A DNA stretch of 59,493 bases, the filler included. It is 5 parts of 5 records of this genome, joined end to end, with 100 filler letters (N's around TTAATTAATTAA, not from the genome) between each part and the next. Parts side by side here need not be neighbours in the genome. Positions count along the whole stretch, not along the records: positions 14,972 to 43,807 come from DRR723986_31608; 4 more parts are not named here. One strand, 5' to 3'. The notes below the pieces were generated by a model that saw only the letters and a list, made by a program, of their open reading frames with translations, ran no database searches and was not told the origin of the DNA. The translations under genes and the position numbers were made by a program. Below, one piece after another: positions 27,588 through 39,075 of the stretch (within the stretch, counting starts at the first letter, position 1; the number at the start of each line of letters is the position of its first letter).

Positions 27588-28220
27588 TTATTTTATGGTT
27601 TCAGAAATTTTTAAAACGGTAATTTCTTCGATTGGTGTTTTCTCTTCAGTTTTTATGACCAAATAATATTTATTGTGTTCAGTATCATCAACGAAAAATG
27701 CTTCGTTCAAATTAATACTATCATTAAAGGCTATTTTATCAAAAGCTTTAGACATTTGCCCAGTCTTTATCCAACCAGTATCACCACCTATCTTAGCGGT
27801 AGGGTGATTAGAGTAATGTTTAGCTAAGTCTTTAAACTTGTATCCTTCATTCAACTGAGCTAGTACTTTAGTTCTTTTCTGTTTTGCTTCTTCATGAGTG
27901 GATTCGGTTGTTTTAAATAGTATTATACTGAATCTCCAATGTGCAACTTGGTCTTTGTTTATAATCTTGTAATACGTTTTGTTATATTCTGTCTTAATTA
28001 CTTTTTTACCACCCTTAGATAATTTAAAAAGATCATCAGCAAGCCTGGTTTTGTGTTTTGCTTTATTAAAGGTAAAGAGCTTTCCTTTATTAGTTTTATT
28101 CTCCTTGATGTAAGTCTTAGCTTGGTCTGAGGTGGAAATAGAATCTAATTCTTTTTCTAAATTTTTTTGAGCAAAGCCAAATAGAGGAATTAAAAGTAAG
28201 ATTGTAAATAATTTTTTCAT
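27588..28220 (-). CDS. Parvulin (PpiC)-type peptidyl-prolyl isomerase, exported
   Basis: Signal peptide; FKDLAKHYS...GGDTGW...MSKAFDKIAF rotamase motif. Confidence 0.8.
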   Translation of the reverse strand: MKKLFTILLLIPLFGFAQKNLEKELDSISTSDQAKTYIKENKTNKGKLFTFNKAKHKTRLADDLFKLSKGGKKVIKTEYNKTYYKIINKDQVAHWRFSIILFKTTESTHEEAKQKRTKVLAQLNEGYKFKDLAKHYSNHPTAKIGGDTGWIKTGQMSKAFDKIAFNDSINLNEAFFVDDTEHNKYYLVIKTEEKTPIEEITVLKISETIK

Positions 28221-28327
28221 GTTGATTTAATTTAGTTTGATTTGGGTAATTACAAAACAACTAAATTTTAAAGTGTGATAGAAGTAAAGCAGTTTAGCTT
28301 ATTAACAGATGTTTTAACAATTTGGTT

Positions 28328-29350
28328 TTAAATCTTCAACCTTGCTGTTGCCATCACATCAAAATCTGAGAAGTCTTTTTCTAAATACTTTAAATAACCT
28401 ACAATGGCAATCATAGCAGCATTATCTGTGGTATATTCAAATTTTGGAATATATGTGACCCAGCCATGTTTAGTTTCAGCCTCTTTAAGGGCTTTTCTTA
28501 TACCAGAATTTGCCGATACACCACCACCTATTGCAATGTGTTTTATTCCTGTTTGTTTTACAGCTAATTTAAGCTTGTCCATTAATATACCAATAATTGT
28601 ATACTGAATTGAAGCGCAAATATCATTGAGATTTTCCTCTATAAATTTTGGATTGGCTTTAACCTCACGTTGAACAAAATAAAGAATAGCTGTTTTTAAA
28701 CCGGAAAAACTAAAATTTAAGCCATCAACTTTAGGCTTGGTAAGCTTAAATGCTTTTGGGTTTCCTAATTGTGCACGTTTATCTATTTCTGGTCCTGCAG
28801 GATATCCAAGACCTAGCACTTTACCGCTTTTATCATAGGCTTCACCAACAGCATCATCGATGGTTTCACCCAACACTTCCATTTTAAAATAACAGTCTAC
28901 TCGCACAATCTGTGTATGCCCACCAGAAATAGTCATAGCTAAAAATGGAAAAGGTGGTTTGTTATGATTTGGTTCATCTATAAAGTGCGCTAGTATATGC
29001 GCTTGCATATGGTTAACATCGATTAAAGGAACGTTTAGCCCGTAAGCTAAGGACTTAGCAAATGAAGTGCCAACTAATAAAGAACCTATTAATCCTGGTC
29101 CTCTTGTAAAAGCAATGGCGTTAAGTTGGTCTAAAGAAACACCTGCTTTCTTTATAGCCTGATGGACTACTGGGACAATATTTTGTTGATGTGTACGAGA
29201 AGCCAATTCGGGTACAACACCACCATATTCTGCATGTATTTTTTGATTTGCAACAACATTACTTAAAATCTTGTCGTTACAGAGTACAGCGGCGGATGTA
29301 TCATCGCAAGAAGATTCAATACCAAGGATAAAAATATTTTCTTTTTTCAT
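28328..29350 (-). CDS. tsaD: tRNA N6-adenosine threonylcarbamoyltransferase TsaD
   Basis: ILGIESSCDDT, HMQAH, SGGHT, DDAVGEAYDK and TDNAAMIA; start at ATG 29350. Confidence 0.96.
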   Translation of the reverse strand: MKKENIFILGIESSCDDTSAAVLCNDKILSNVVANQKIHAEYGGVVPELASRTHQQNIVPVVHQAIKKAGVSLDQLNAIAFTRGPGLIGSLLVGTSFAKSLAYGLNVPLIDVNHMQAHILAHFIDEPNHNKPPFPFLAMTISGGHTQIVRVDCYFKMEVLGETIDDAVGEAYDKSGKVLGLGYPAGPEIDKRAQLGNPKAFKLTKPKVDGLNFSFSGLKTAILYFVQREVKANPKFIEENLNDICASIQYTIIGILMDKLKLAVKQTGIKHIAIGGGVSANSGIRKALKEAETKHGWVTYIPKFEYTTDNAAMIAIVGYLKYLEKDFSDFDVMATARLKI

Positions 29351-29426
29351 AGTCGATATTAGGCACAATAATTGTTAATTTTACAAGGTATAATCCAAGA
29401 CCTTATGCTACAACGTATTGTAAGAG

Positions 29427-29434
29427 CAAAGGTA
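29427..29434 (-). promoter_or_regulatory. Bacteroidetes -7 element for tsaD
   Basis: TACCTTTG (TAnnTTTG) on the minus strand in the divergent tsaD/tamB intergenic region. Confidence 0.5.
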
Positions 29435-29513
29435 ATGAAGATTTCATCAAATCATAAGCGCAATTCGTATCAAAAAAGCATTAAAAATATTAGGAAAAAT
29501 AGCAGGCATAATT

Positions 29514-32500
29514 TTGCTGCTTTTTCTTATTGTATTTTTAATTCTTGGAATTCCCGCAGTACAAACCAAATTAGGGAAATATGCCACTCAACGCTTAAAC
29601 GAAGATTTTAAGACTGATATTAATATTGGTAAGGTAGGTTTACAGCTTAATGGTGATATTGAGTTTAAAGAAATTCTTATAAGAGACTATAAAAAAGACA
29701 CACTCATAAGTATAGGTGAGTTAAATAGTTCAATAATAAGTTTTAAAAATCTCTACAATAGTAAACTGAATTTTGGAGATATAGATATACAAGATCTTAT
29801 TTTTAATTTAAAAACTTACGAAGGAGAAGAGGATACTAACCTCGATATTTTTGTTGATAAATTAGATGATGACAACCCAAGAGTTGGCCCAAGTGAGTTC
29901 TTATTGTCGTCTAGTGATGTGTCTATAGAGAACGGTATTTTTAGATTGATTGATGAAAATAGAGAAACACCCAAAGTTTTGGAGTTTACTGGTCTAAATG
30001 CTAATACTACAAATTTTTTAATTAATGGTCCAGATGTTAGTTCTAGGATAAATACATTTAGTTTTACTGATAGTAGAGGTATTAAAGTCGAAAACTTAAT
30101 GGCTAATTTTGAATACACCTTAACTCATATGAATTTTGGTGATTTAAATATTAAAACAAAAAAGTCTGACTTAAAAGGGGATTTACGTTTTGACTATAAA
30201 CGAGAAGATTTAAAGGACTTTACTGATAAGGTAAATGTAACTGCAAGTTTTAAAGATTCTGAAGTATCACTTACTGAACTTAACGTGTTTTTTGATGAGT
30301 TTGGAATTAATCAACGAGCAACACTTAATGCCGATTTTTCTGGTACCTTAAATAATTTGCAAGCCAATAATCTAAATGTAAGTACCACCAGAAATACAAG
30401 AATAATAGGTGATATTAATTTTGTTAATCTTTTCGGAAAAGAAGATGTCGGTTTTGAGTTAGACGGACAGTTTCAAAATTTAGCCTCTAATTATAATGAC
30501 TTAACAGCATTATTGCCTAGTATTTTAGGTAAAGCATTACCAACTGTATTTGCTAAAGTAGGTAATTTTAGAATTAATGGAACGTCGCATATTACCGAAG
30601 AACGGATTGATGCTGATATAAATATTAATACAGACCTAGGCTTCGTGAAATCCAATTTAGAGTTAGTTAATATTGATGATATTGATAATGCCAATTACAT
30701 TGGTAATGTAGAATTTGATGAGTTCGATATTGGCACTATGATAAATGACCCAATGGTTAAGAATATCTCTGCTAATGTAGATTTAGATGGTAAAGGTTTC
30801 ACTTTAGATAACTTAAGAACAGATGTAAAAGGTGAAGTCTTTGCATTAGACTACAATAATTACAATTACAAGAATATTAAGGTTTCAGGTGATTTAGGGA
30901 ATAAAATTTTTAATGGAATATTAAACGCAGATGACCCTAATTTAAAATTAGATTTCAATGGCTTAGCAGACATTGCAGAAGAAATTAAAAAATTTGATTT
31001 CAAAGCTAATGTTACCTATGCAAATTTAAAACGCTTAAATTTTGTAACCAGAGATAGTATTTCTGAATTTAAAGGTATAGTGAGTATGACAGCTCAGGGT
31101 TCGAGCTACGATAATGCAGAAGGAAAAATAAAAATTAATAACACTACTTATAGGAATCAGGATAGTAGTTATAAGTTTGAAGATTTTGATATTGTTTCGC
31201 TATTCAGAGGTTCAAAAAGAACAATAGCTATTAACTCACCAGATATTATAAATGGAAACATTAATGGTCAATTCAAGATTAAAGATATCCTTAAATTGGT
31301 GGAAAATTCCATAGGTAGCATTTATACCAATTATATCCCAAACGAGGTTGAAGATGGCCAATATCTCAATTTTAGATTCAATATATATTCTAAAATTGCA
31401 GCCGTATTTTTTAAGGATTTATATTTAGGGAAAAACACTTTTATTGAGGGAAGAATAGAAACTGATGAGCGTGGATTTGAACTCACATTTAATTCTCCGG
31501 AAATAAAATTTCAAGAGTATTTTGCTAATAATATTAATGTTAACGTAGATAATAGTAACCCGTTATATAATACATTTATAGAAATTGATACACTAAGTGC
31601 AGGTATTTACAATGCGTCTCAATTTAGCCTTATCAATGTAACCAAGAGAGATACACTTTTGATAAAATCTGAATTTAAAGGTGGTAAGAACAATCAGGAT
31701 AATTTTGACATGAACTTATTCTACACTATTGATGAGAGTAACAAATCAGTAATTGGTTTTAGAAAATCTGATGTTTTATTTAAAGGTTATGACTGGTTAA
31801 TAAACTCTCAAAAAGATACACTTAACAAAATCCGTTTTGATAGAAAATTCAAAACCTTTGATATTTTTCCAATTAATATAACTCAAGGAGATGAAGAAAT
31901 ATCAGTTGCTGGTACAATCAGAGATTCCATAAATAAGGATATTAAAGTTGATTTTAAAGATGTTCAGTTAGTGAAAATCACACCTCGGATAGATAGTTTA
32001 TCTCTTAAAGGAATTGTTAATGGTAAAGTAAATATAATGCAATCAAAAGGTGTGTATTTACCAAAATCAGATGTAGTGGTTAGCAACCTGTTTGTTAATG
32101 ATTATGATTTAGGAGATTTATCTGCGAAAATTGAGGGTAATAATTCTATTACAGATTATTTAGTAGACGTGTCCTTAGTTAATGATAATTTAAGGTCCTT
32201 TAGTGCTACAGGATCTATTGATGTAGAGAGGAGAAACCCTACGATAGATTTAGATGTTATATTCGAAGAGTTTTTATTAGACCCTTTAAATCCATTAGGT
32301 GAAGGTGTTATAAATAATATTAGAGGTTTAGTATCTGGAAGGGCAGAAGTAACAGGAAGCCTCAATAAACCCAGTATAGATGGTGAGTTACTTTTAGATA
32401 GAGCAGGATTAGCAATACCATACCTTAATGTAGATTATGGGTTCGATTTTGACTCCAAAGTATCTTTAAGAGGGCAGCGTTTTATCTTTAATAATGTAGC

Positions 32501-33914
32501 GATGACGGATTCCGAGTTTTTCTCTAAAGGAAATTTAAATGGCTTCATAGAGCATAATAATTTTTCTGATTGGAAATTAGGATTAGACCTCACTACAAGT
32601 CGTCTATTAGTGCTTAATACTGAAGAGTCTGAGGACGAGTTGTATTATGGTACTGCATTTATTTCTGGTACAGCTCAAATAAAAGGACCTACTGATCAAT
32701 TAGTGATAAAGGTAGAAGATGGTAGCACAGAATCGGGTACTGAGTTTTATATACCACTTAATGATTCTGAGAGTTTTGGTGATAACTCATATATTCATTT
32801 TATAAGTCCAGAAGAAAAAGCAGCCAGAATTAATGGGGAGATAACAGAACAAATTGAGGTAAAAGGATTAGTGTTAGATTTTGACCTTAATGTTAAGCAA
32901 AATGCAGTAATAGAAATTGTAATAGATAAAGAAGCAGGAAGTACTATAAAGGGAAGAGGTGAAGGTAACCTAGGATTCTTTATTAATACCAATGGTACTT
33001 TTGATATGTGGGGTGATTTTACGGTTTATGAAGGTACATACAATTTTAAATATGGCGGTTTTGTAGAAAAAAAGTTTGAAGTAGAGCGAGGAGGAAGTAT
33101 TGTGTGGGAAGGTGATCCTCTTGCGGCAGAAATTAATCTTAAAGCTGTTTATGAAACTACTGCAAATCCATCTGTGCTTTTAGATAACCCTATTAGTCAA
33201 AGAATTCCTGTTGAGGTTGAAATTCAACTCACAGGGCAATTAGAACAACCAGACCCTAATTTTAATCTTAGATTTCCTAATGTAACATCTACTTTAAAGT
33301 CAGAGCTAGATTACAGATTATCTTCAAAAGATGAACGCGATTTCCAGGCATTAGCTTTATTGGGAACAGGAGGTTTTGCAAGTGGTGCTAGAGGTTTTGA
33401 TATAAGAGGTACAATTTCAGAACGTCTTAGTGGTATTGTAAACAATTTATTAGGTAGTAATGATGGTAATCTTGATGTTGGTTTAGATTTAGCACTAGGA
33501 CAAGATACTCCAGAACTTCAAACTAACAATAGAGTTGGTCTTACATTACAAACACGTATTTCAGACAAAATTCTTGTAAATGGCAAGGTTGGTGTACCTT
33601 TTGGAGGTGCTCAACAAACCACTATTACTGGCGACGTTCAAATAGACTGGTTACTTAACGAAGACGGAACACTAAGAGCTAAGGTATTCAATAGAGAAAA
33701 TACCATTAGAAATTTTGGTGAGGAGATTGGATATACTCAGGGTATAGGTCTCTCATATAACGTAGAATTCGATACTTTTAAAGAACTACTTCAAATTATT
33801 TTTTCAGGAAAAAACAGGAAAGATAAAAAGGCTAAAAAAGATGAAGAAGATAAAGACGATTTATTACCTGAATATATTACTATGAAGAAGAAAAAGACTA
33901 AATCTAAGTCTTAA
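29514..33914 (+). CDS. tamB: Translocation and assembly module TamB (AsmA-like) protein; true start probably upstream, near 29469
   Basis: About 1470 aa, N-terminal membrane anchor (IPAVQT), beta-rich body and C-terminal DUF490-like region; divergent from tsaD as is typical in Bacteroidetes. Confidence 0.85.
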   Translation: MLLFLIVFLILGIPAVQTKLGKYATQRLNEDFKTDINIGKVGLQLNGDIEFKEILIRDYKKDTLISIGELNSSIISFKNLYNSKLNFGDIDIQDLIFNLKTYEGEEDTNLDIFVDKLDDDNPRVGPSEFLLSSSDVSIENGIFRLIDENRETPKVLEFTGLNANTTNFLINGPDVSSRINTFSFTDSRGIKVENLMANFEYTLTHMNFGDLNIKTKKSDLKGDLRFDYKREDLKDFTDKVNVTASFKDSEVSLTELNVFFDEFGINQRATLNADFSGTLNNLQANNLNVSTTRNTRIIGDINFVNLFGKEDVGFELDGQFQNLASNYNDLTALLPSILGKALPTVFAKVGNFRINGTSHITEERIDADININTDLGFVKSNLELVNIDDIDNANYIGNVEFDEFDIGTMINDPMVKNISANVDLDGKGFTLDNLRTDVKGEVFALDYNNYNYKNIKVSGDLGNKIFNGILNADDPNLKLDFNGLADIAEEIKKFDFKANVTYANLKRLNFVTRDSISEFKGIVSMTAQGSSYDNAEGKIKINNTTYRNQDSSYKFEDFDIVSLFRGSKRTIAINSPDIINGNINGQFKIKDILKLVENSIGSIYTNYIPNEVEDGQYLNFRFNIYSKIAAVFFKDLYLGKNTFIEGRIETDERGFELTFNSPEIKFQEYFANNINVNVDNSNPLYNTFIEIDTLSAGIYNASQFSLINVTKRDTLLIKSEFKGGKNNQDNFDMNLFYTIDESNKSVIGFRKSDVLFKGYDWLINSQKDTLNKIRFDRKFKTFDIFPINITQGDEEISVAGTIRDSINKDIKVDFKDVQLVKITPRIDSLSLKGIVNGKVNIMQSKGVYLPKSDVVVSNLFVNDYDLGDLSAKIEGNNSITDYLVDVSLVNDNLRSFSATGSIDVERRNPTIDLDVIFEEFLLDPLNPLGEGVINNIRGLVSGRAEVTGSLNKPSIDGELLLDRAGLAIPYLNVDYGFDFDSKVSLRGQRFIFNNVAMTDSEFFSKGNLNGFIEHNNFSDWKLGLDLTTSRLLVLNTEESEDELYYGTAFISGTAQIKGPTDQLVIKVEDGSTESGTEFYIPLNDSESFGDNSYIHFISPEEKAARINGEITEQIEVKGLVLDFDLNVKQNAVIEIVIDKEAGSTIKGRGEGNLGFFINTNGTFDMWGDFTVYEGTYNFKYGGFVEKKFEVERGGSIVWEGDPLAAEINLKAVYETTANPSVLLDNPISQRIPVEVEIQLTGQLEQPDPNFNLRFPNVTSTLKSELDYRLSSKDERDFQALALLGTGGFASGARGFDIRGTISERLSGIVNNLLGSNDGNLDVGLDLALGQDTPELQTNNRVGLTLQTRISDKILVNGKVGVPFGGAQQTTITGDVQIDWLLNEDGTLRAKVFNRENTIRNFGEEIGYTQGIGLSYNVEFDTFKELLQIIFSGKNRKDKKAKKDEEDKDDLLPEYITMKKKKTKSKS

Positions 33915-34050
33915 ATAAGACGATTTCTTCTTTTTTCTAATTTATTTATTAACGAAAACGTTTGAATTTTTTTAGCACCTATTATTTTATGATAATAGTC
34001 ACTTTATTGTGTGTATTGTTTATTAATTTTACTGTAGTTAATTGAAAAAA

Positions 34051-35037
34051 ATGCTACATACAATAAAAAAAATAGGTGTAATGACGTCTGGAGGAGATTC
34101 TCCAGGAATGAATGCAGCCGTTAGATCTGTTGTTAGAACTTGTGCATTTCATAATATAGAATGTTATGGAATATATAGAGGTTATGAAGGCATGATTGAT
34201 GGCGGTTTTGAAAAAATGGATGCTCGTAGTGTTAAAGGTATTATTAATAAAGGTGGTACTATTTTAAAATCTGCACGTTCTAATGAGTTTAGAACCAAAG
34301 AAGGTAGAATTAAAGCACATGAGCAATTAATTAAGGCTGGTATTGATGCCTTTGTGGTTATTGGTGGTGATGGTAGTTTTACAGGAGCCATGGTATTTAA
34401 TCAAGAGTTTAATTTCCCAGTTATGGGAATTCCGGGTACTATAGATAATGATATTTTCGGTACAACGCATACCCTTGGATATGATACAGCCCTAAATACT
34501 GCAGTAGAAGCTATAGATAAAATTAGAGATACGGCGAGCTCACACAACCGACTATTCTTTATAGAAGTTATGGGACGAGATGTTGGCCATATTGCATTAA
34601 ATGTTGGAGTAGGTGCAGGTGCGGAAGAAATACTCATTCCTGAGGAAGATCTTGGGTTAGATAGATTATTAGAATCATTGAGAAGGAGTAAACAATCTGG
34701 TAAATCATCTAGTATCGTAGTTGTGGCAGAAGGTGACAAAATTGGTAAAAATGTATTTGAACTAGCTGATTATGTTGAAGAAAACATGACAGAATACGAA
34801 GTAAGAGTATCTGTTCTTGGTCATATGCAACGTGGTGGGTCACCATCTTGTTTCGATAGAGTATTAGCGAGTAGAATGGGAGTAAAGGCAGTAGAAGCTT
34901 TAATTACAGGAAAGAGCAATTACATGGTTGGTCTTAAAAATGATATTATGGACCTAACTCCATTTGACCAGGCAGTAAAAGGAAAATCAAAGATTAATAT
35001 GGAGCTTCTAAGAGTTTCAGATATAATGACAATATAA
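34051..35037 (+). CDS. pfkA: ATP-dependent 6-phosphofructokinase
   Basis: TSGGDSPGMN, IGGDGS, PGTIDND, EVMGR and LGHMQRGG. Confidence 0.96.
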   Translation: MLHTIKKIGVMTSGGDSPGMNAAVRSVVRTCAFHNIECYGIYRGYEGMIDGGFEKMDARSVKGIINKGGTILKSARSNEFRTKEGRIKAHEQLIKAGIDAFVVIGGDGSFTGAMVFNQEFNFPVMGIPGTIDNDIFGTTHTLGYDTALNTAVEAIDKIRDTASSHNRLFFIEVMGRDVGHIALNVGVGAGAEEILIPEEDLGLDRLLESLRRSKQSGKSSSIVVVAEGDKIGKNVFELADYVEENMTEYEVRVSVLGHMQRGGSPSCFDRVLASRMGVKAVEALITGKSNYMVGLKNDIMDLTPFDQAVKGKSKINMELLRVSDIMTI

Positions 35038-35057
35038 AGGATAACACTTAAATTTAA

Positions 35058-36071
<1,014 letters not shown>

Positions 36072-36087
36072 TACATTAATAATTCAG

Positions 36088-36137
36088 AAATTCCGTAGAT
36101 CTTTGTATTAATAGTTCCTGCGGAATTTTTAATTTTT
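36088..36137 (+). terminator. Possible intrinsic terminator/attenuator after gap
   Basis: AAATTCCGTAG...CTGCGGAATTT stem followed by a T-rich tract. Confidence 0.5.
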
Positions 36138-36143
36138 GTCATC

Positions 36144-37007
36144 ATGATTTTAATTACAGATGGAGGTTCTACAAAATGCGATTGGATAGCAATTGATGAA
36201 AGGGGAAATCTTGCGACTAAGAAAATTAGAACTAAAGGTTTAAATCCTGCAATTCTTAGCGAAAAAAAACTCAACAAAATAATTAGGAAGAGTGATGAGC
36301 TCTTAGCTATGAGTAATGATGTTACTCATGTTTTCTTTTATGGAGCTGGTTGTGGAACTGAAAACCCAAGATTAATTCTAAAGTCAATTTTAGAAGAAAT
36401 ATTTCCAAATGCAAAAGTAGAAGTTCAAGAAGATACCATGGCAGCTGTAAGAGCTTGTATTAACTCTAATGATGAAGCTGCAGTCGTTTGTATTTTAGGT
36501 ACTGGGTCTAATTGTAGTTATTTTGATGGTGAAAAACTTCATCAAAGGGTATTAAGTTTGGGTTATTCGCTAATGGATGAAGCTAGTGGTAATTATTACG
36601 GAAAGGAGTTAATAAGAGACTACTATTTTAATGTTATGCCACATAACCTAAAGTTGGCGTTTGATCATAAGTACAATCTCGATGCCGACTATATAAAGTA
36701 TAACCTATATAAACAGCCAAATCCAAATGCATATCTTGCTAATTTTGCCGAGTTTATGTTCTTAAATAAGGATTCAGATTATATTAAAAATCTTATTAAA
36801 AAAGGATTACGAAAATTCACTGAGCATATGATTCTTCAGTTTAAAGAAGAATTAAATGAAGGAATTCCTGTCCATTTTGCTGGCTCTATTGCTTATTTTT
36901 CACAAGATGAAATTAATGAGGTTGCAGAAGAATATGGGTACAAAGTTGGTAATTTTGTAAGACGACCAATAGATGGGTTGGTAGAATATCACATAAAAAA
37001 CATATAA
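36144..37007 (+). CDS. BadF/BadG/BcrA/BcrD-type sugar kinase (N-acetylglucosamine kinase-like)
   Basis: ITDGGSTK, FYGAGC, ILGTGSN, LGYSLMDEASG and HFAGSIA. Confidence 0.85.
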   Translation: MILITDGGSTKCDWIAIDERGNLATKKIRTKGLNPAILSEKKLNKIIRKSDELLAMSNDVTHVFFYGAGCGTENPRLILKSILEEIFPNAKVEVQEDTMAAVRACINSNDEAAVVCILGTGSNCSYFDGEKLHQRVLSLGYSLMDEASGNYYGKELIRDYYFNVMPHNLKLAFDHKYNLDADYIKYNLYKQPNPNAYLANFAEFMFLNKDSDYIKNLIKKGLRKFTEHMILQFKEELNEGIPVHFAGSIAYFSQDEINEVAEEYGYKVGNFVRRPIDGLVEYHIKNI

Positions 37008-37369
37008 TGGAAATAGCAATAATTGCTCATGACGGTAAGAAAGCCGAAATGGTTCAGTTTTTAAATGAACACAGCGATATATTGCACCAAAAAAATATAA
37101 CTTTAGTTTCAACAGGTACAACTGGTGAAAAAGTAAAAAAAGCTGGATTAGCGGTAAATGCTTTATTATCTGGTCCTTTAGGTGGTGATGCTCAAATTGC
37201 TGCACGAGTTGCAGAAGGTAAATGTCACATGGTTATCTTCTTTAGGGATCCATTAGATCGTCATCCTCATGAGCCAGATATATTAATGCTTATGCGACTT
37301 TGTGATGTACATAATGTACCGTTAGCCACGAATCCTGCAACTGCAGAATTATTAATTAAGGCAGTTTAA
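37007..37369 (+). CDS. mgsA: Methylglyoxal synthase
   Basis: IAHDGKK, STGTTG, SGPLGGDAQI and PHEPD. Confidence 0.95.
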   Translation: MEIAIIAHDGKKAEMVQFLNEHSDILHQKNITLVSTGTTGEKVKKAGLAVNALLSGPLGGDAQIAARVAEGKCHMVIFFRDPLDRHPHEPDILMLMRLCDVHNVPLATNPATAELLIKAV

Positions 37370-37433
37370 ATTAACTGTTTATTTCATGTTAATAAATCTC
37401 AATTTTACTATTGTAAAACTTATTATTTGGTTA

Positions 37434-37441
37434 TATCTTTG
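37434..37441 (+). promoter_or_regulatory. Bacteroidetes -7 promoter element
   Basis: TATCTTTG, 26 nt upstream of the small gene at 37468. Confidence 0.55.
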
Positions 37442-37467
37442 TACAACTAAAAAAATGAAACGAAATT

Positions 37468-37650
37468 ATGTTCGAATTTGATCAATATTTAGGATTTTTA
37501 GCATTTTTAACCATTTTAACTATTGGGTTTTGGTTAATGATATTCTTGTTAACATTCGTAATCCCTTACTGGGTTTTTGGTTCTGCTATGGAGCGTTTTA
37601 AAGAAATCAGAGAAGAAAAGAAAGCTGAGCGTGAAAGATTAACACACTAA
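37468..37650 (+). CDS. Small (60 aa) membrane protein
   Basis: Hydrophobic N-terminal region and charged tail; flanked by its own promoter and terminator. Confidence 0.7.
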   Translation: MFEFDQYLGFLAFLTILTIGFWLMIFLLTFVIPYWVFGSAMERFKEIREEKKAERERLTH

Positions 37651-37668
37651 GTATTCTAATATATATAG

Positions 37669-37694
37669 AAGAGCGCTTTTTGCGCTCTTTTTTT
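37669..37694 (+). terminator. Rho-independent terminator
   Basis: AAGAGCGC-TTTTT-GCGCTCTT followed by a T-tract. Confidence 0.8.
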
Positions 37695-37737
37695 ATGCCT
37701 AATAATTAGGTATTTTCGTAATTCAAACCAACTGTTT

Positions 37738-39075
37738 ATGAAACGTATTTTTTTTCTACTACTTTTTATTAGCCTCAATTTAACTGCACAACATATTCTT
37801 CCGGAAAGACAAAGGGCTGAAGTGGTGGATGGTATTTTAAAAGATAGATTTAATAATTTATTGCCGCAATTAATGGATAATACTGGGTTCGATATGTGGA
37901 TTCTAATTTCTAGAGAGTACAATGAAGATCCCGTTTTAAAAACTATGTTACCTGCAACTTGGCTGAATGCGAGAAGAAGAACAATTCTGGTTTTCTATAG
38001 AAATAAAGAAAAGAATACTATAGAAAAACTAGCCGTAGCTCGCTATAATTTTGGTGAAAATATAATATCAGCTTGGGATAAGGAAAAAGAGCCTGATCAA
38101 TGGAAGCGCTTAATGCAGATTATAGACGAGCGCAATCCTAAAACTATTGGATTAAATTATTCTAATAACTTTAATATATGTGATGGTATAGTTAAAACAG
38201 ATTATGATGCATTTATTGAAAACCTTCCAAGTAAATATAAAAAGCGAGTAAAATCTGCAGAACAATTAGCTATAAGTTGGATTGAAACTCGAACAGAATC
38301 CGAAATGATTATTTATAATCAACTGGTAGAAATTACTCATAATATTATAGCTGAAGCATTTTCAAGCAAAGTAATAACACCAGGTATTACCACAACAACA
38401 GATGTTGAATGGTGGATGCGTGGAAAAGTAACATCTTTAGGTTTAGAAACATGGTTTCATCCAACTGTCGATGTACAGCGTACAGCTGAGGAATTAGCAA
38501 ACCATTTGTATGCATTTTCTAATAAGCCAGAGCATATGGTGATTTTACCTGGTGATTTGGTGCATTGTGATTTTGGAATTACGTATTTAAGACTAAATAC
38601 AGATTGCCAAGAGCTTGCTTATGTACTCAAACCCAATGAAACTGAACCGCCAAAATACCTTCAACATGCACTTAAAGAAGGCAATAGAGTACAAGATATA
38701 TTTACCAGTAATTTTGAAACAGGAAAAACAGGTAACACCATATTAAAAGAATCTTTAGAACAAGGAAAGTCTGAAGGATTAAAACCTTCTATTTATACAC
38801 ATCCCTTAGGGAGTTATGGGCATAGTTCGGGTACAACTTTGGGTATGTGGGATGCTCAAGGAGGTGTGCCTGTAAATGGTGATTATCCTTTACACGAAAA
38901 TACAGTTTATGCTATTGAATTAAATACAAAGGTGACAATACCACAATGGAAACGAGATATTAGAATAATGCTAGAAGAAGCTGGTTATTGGGGAGAAGAT
39001 GGGTTTAGGTATGTCAATGGACGCCAGACAAAACTTTTAACGATACCAAGAACTATTAGTCACCTTAGGAATTAA
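37738..39075 (+). CDS. M24 family metallopeptidase (Xaa-Pro aminopeptidase-like), exported
   Basis: Signal peptide; GDLVHCDFG...NTD, YTHPLG..GH and AIE metal-ligand pattern. Confidence 0.85.
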   Translation: MKRIFFLLLFISLNLTAQHILPERQRAEVVDGILKDRFNNLLPQLMDNTGFDMWILISREYNEDPVLKTMLPATWLNARRRTILVFYRNKEKNTIEKLAVARYNFGENIISAWDKEKEPDQWKRLMQIIDERNPKTIGLNYSNNFNICDGIVKTDYDAFIENLPSKYKKRVKSAEQLAISWIETRTESEMIIYNQLVEITHNIIAEAFSSKVITPGITTTTDVEWWMRGKVTSLGLETWFHPTVDVQRTAEELANHLYAFSNKPEHMVILPGDLVHCDFGITYLRLNTDCQELAYVLKPNETEPPKYLQHALKEGNRVQDIFTSNFETGKTGNTILKESLEQGKSEGLKPSIYTHPLGSYGHSSGTTLGMWDAQGGVPVNGDYPLHENTVYAIELNTKVTIPQWKRDIRIMLEEAGYWGEDGFRYVNGRQTKLLTIPRTISHLRN

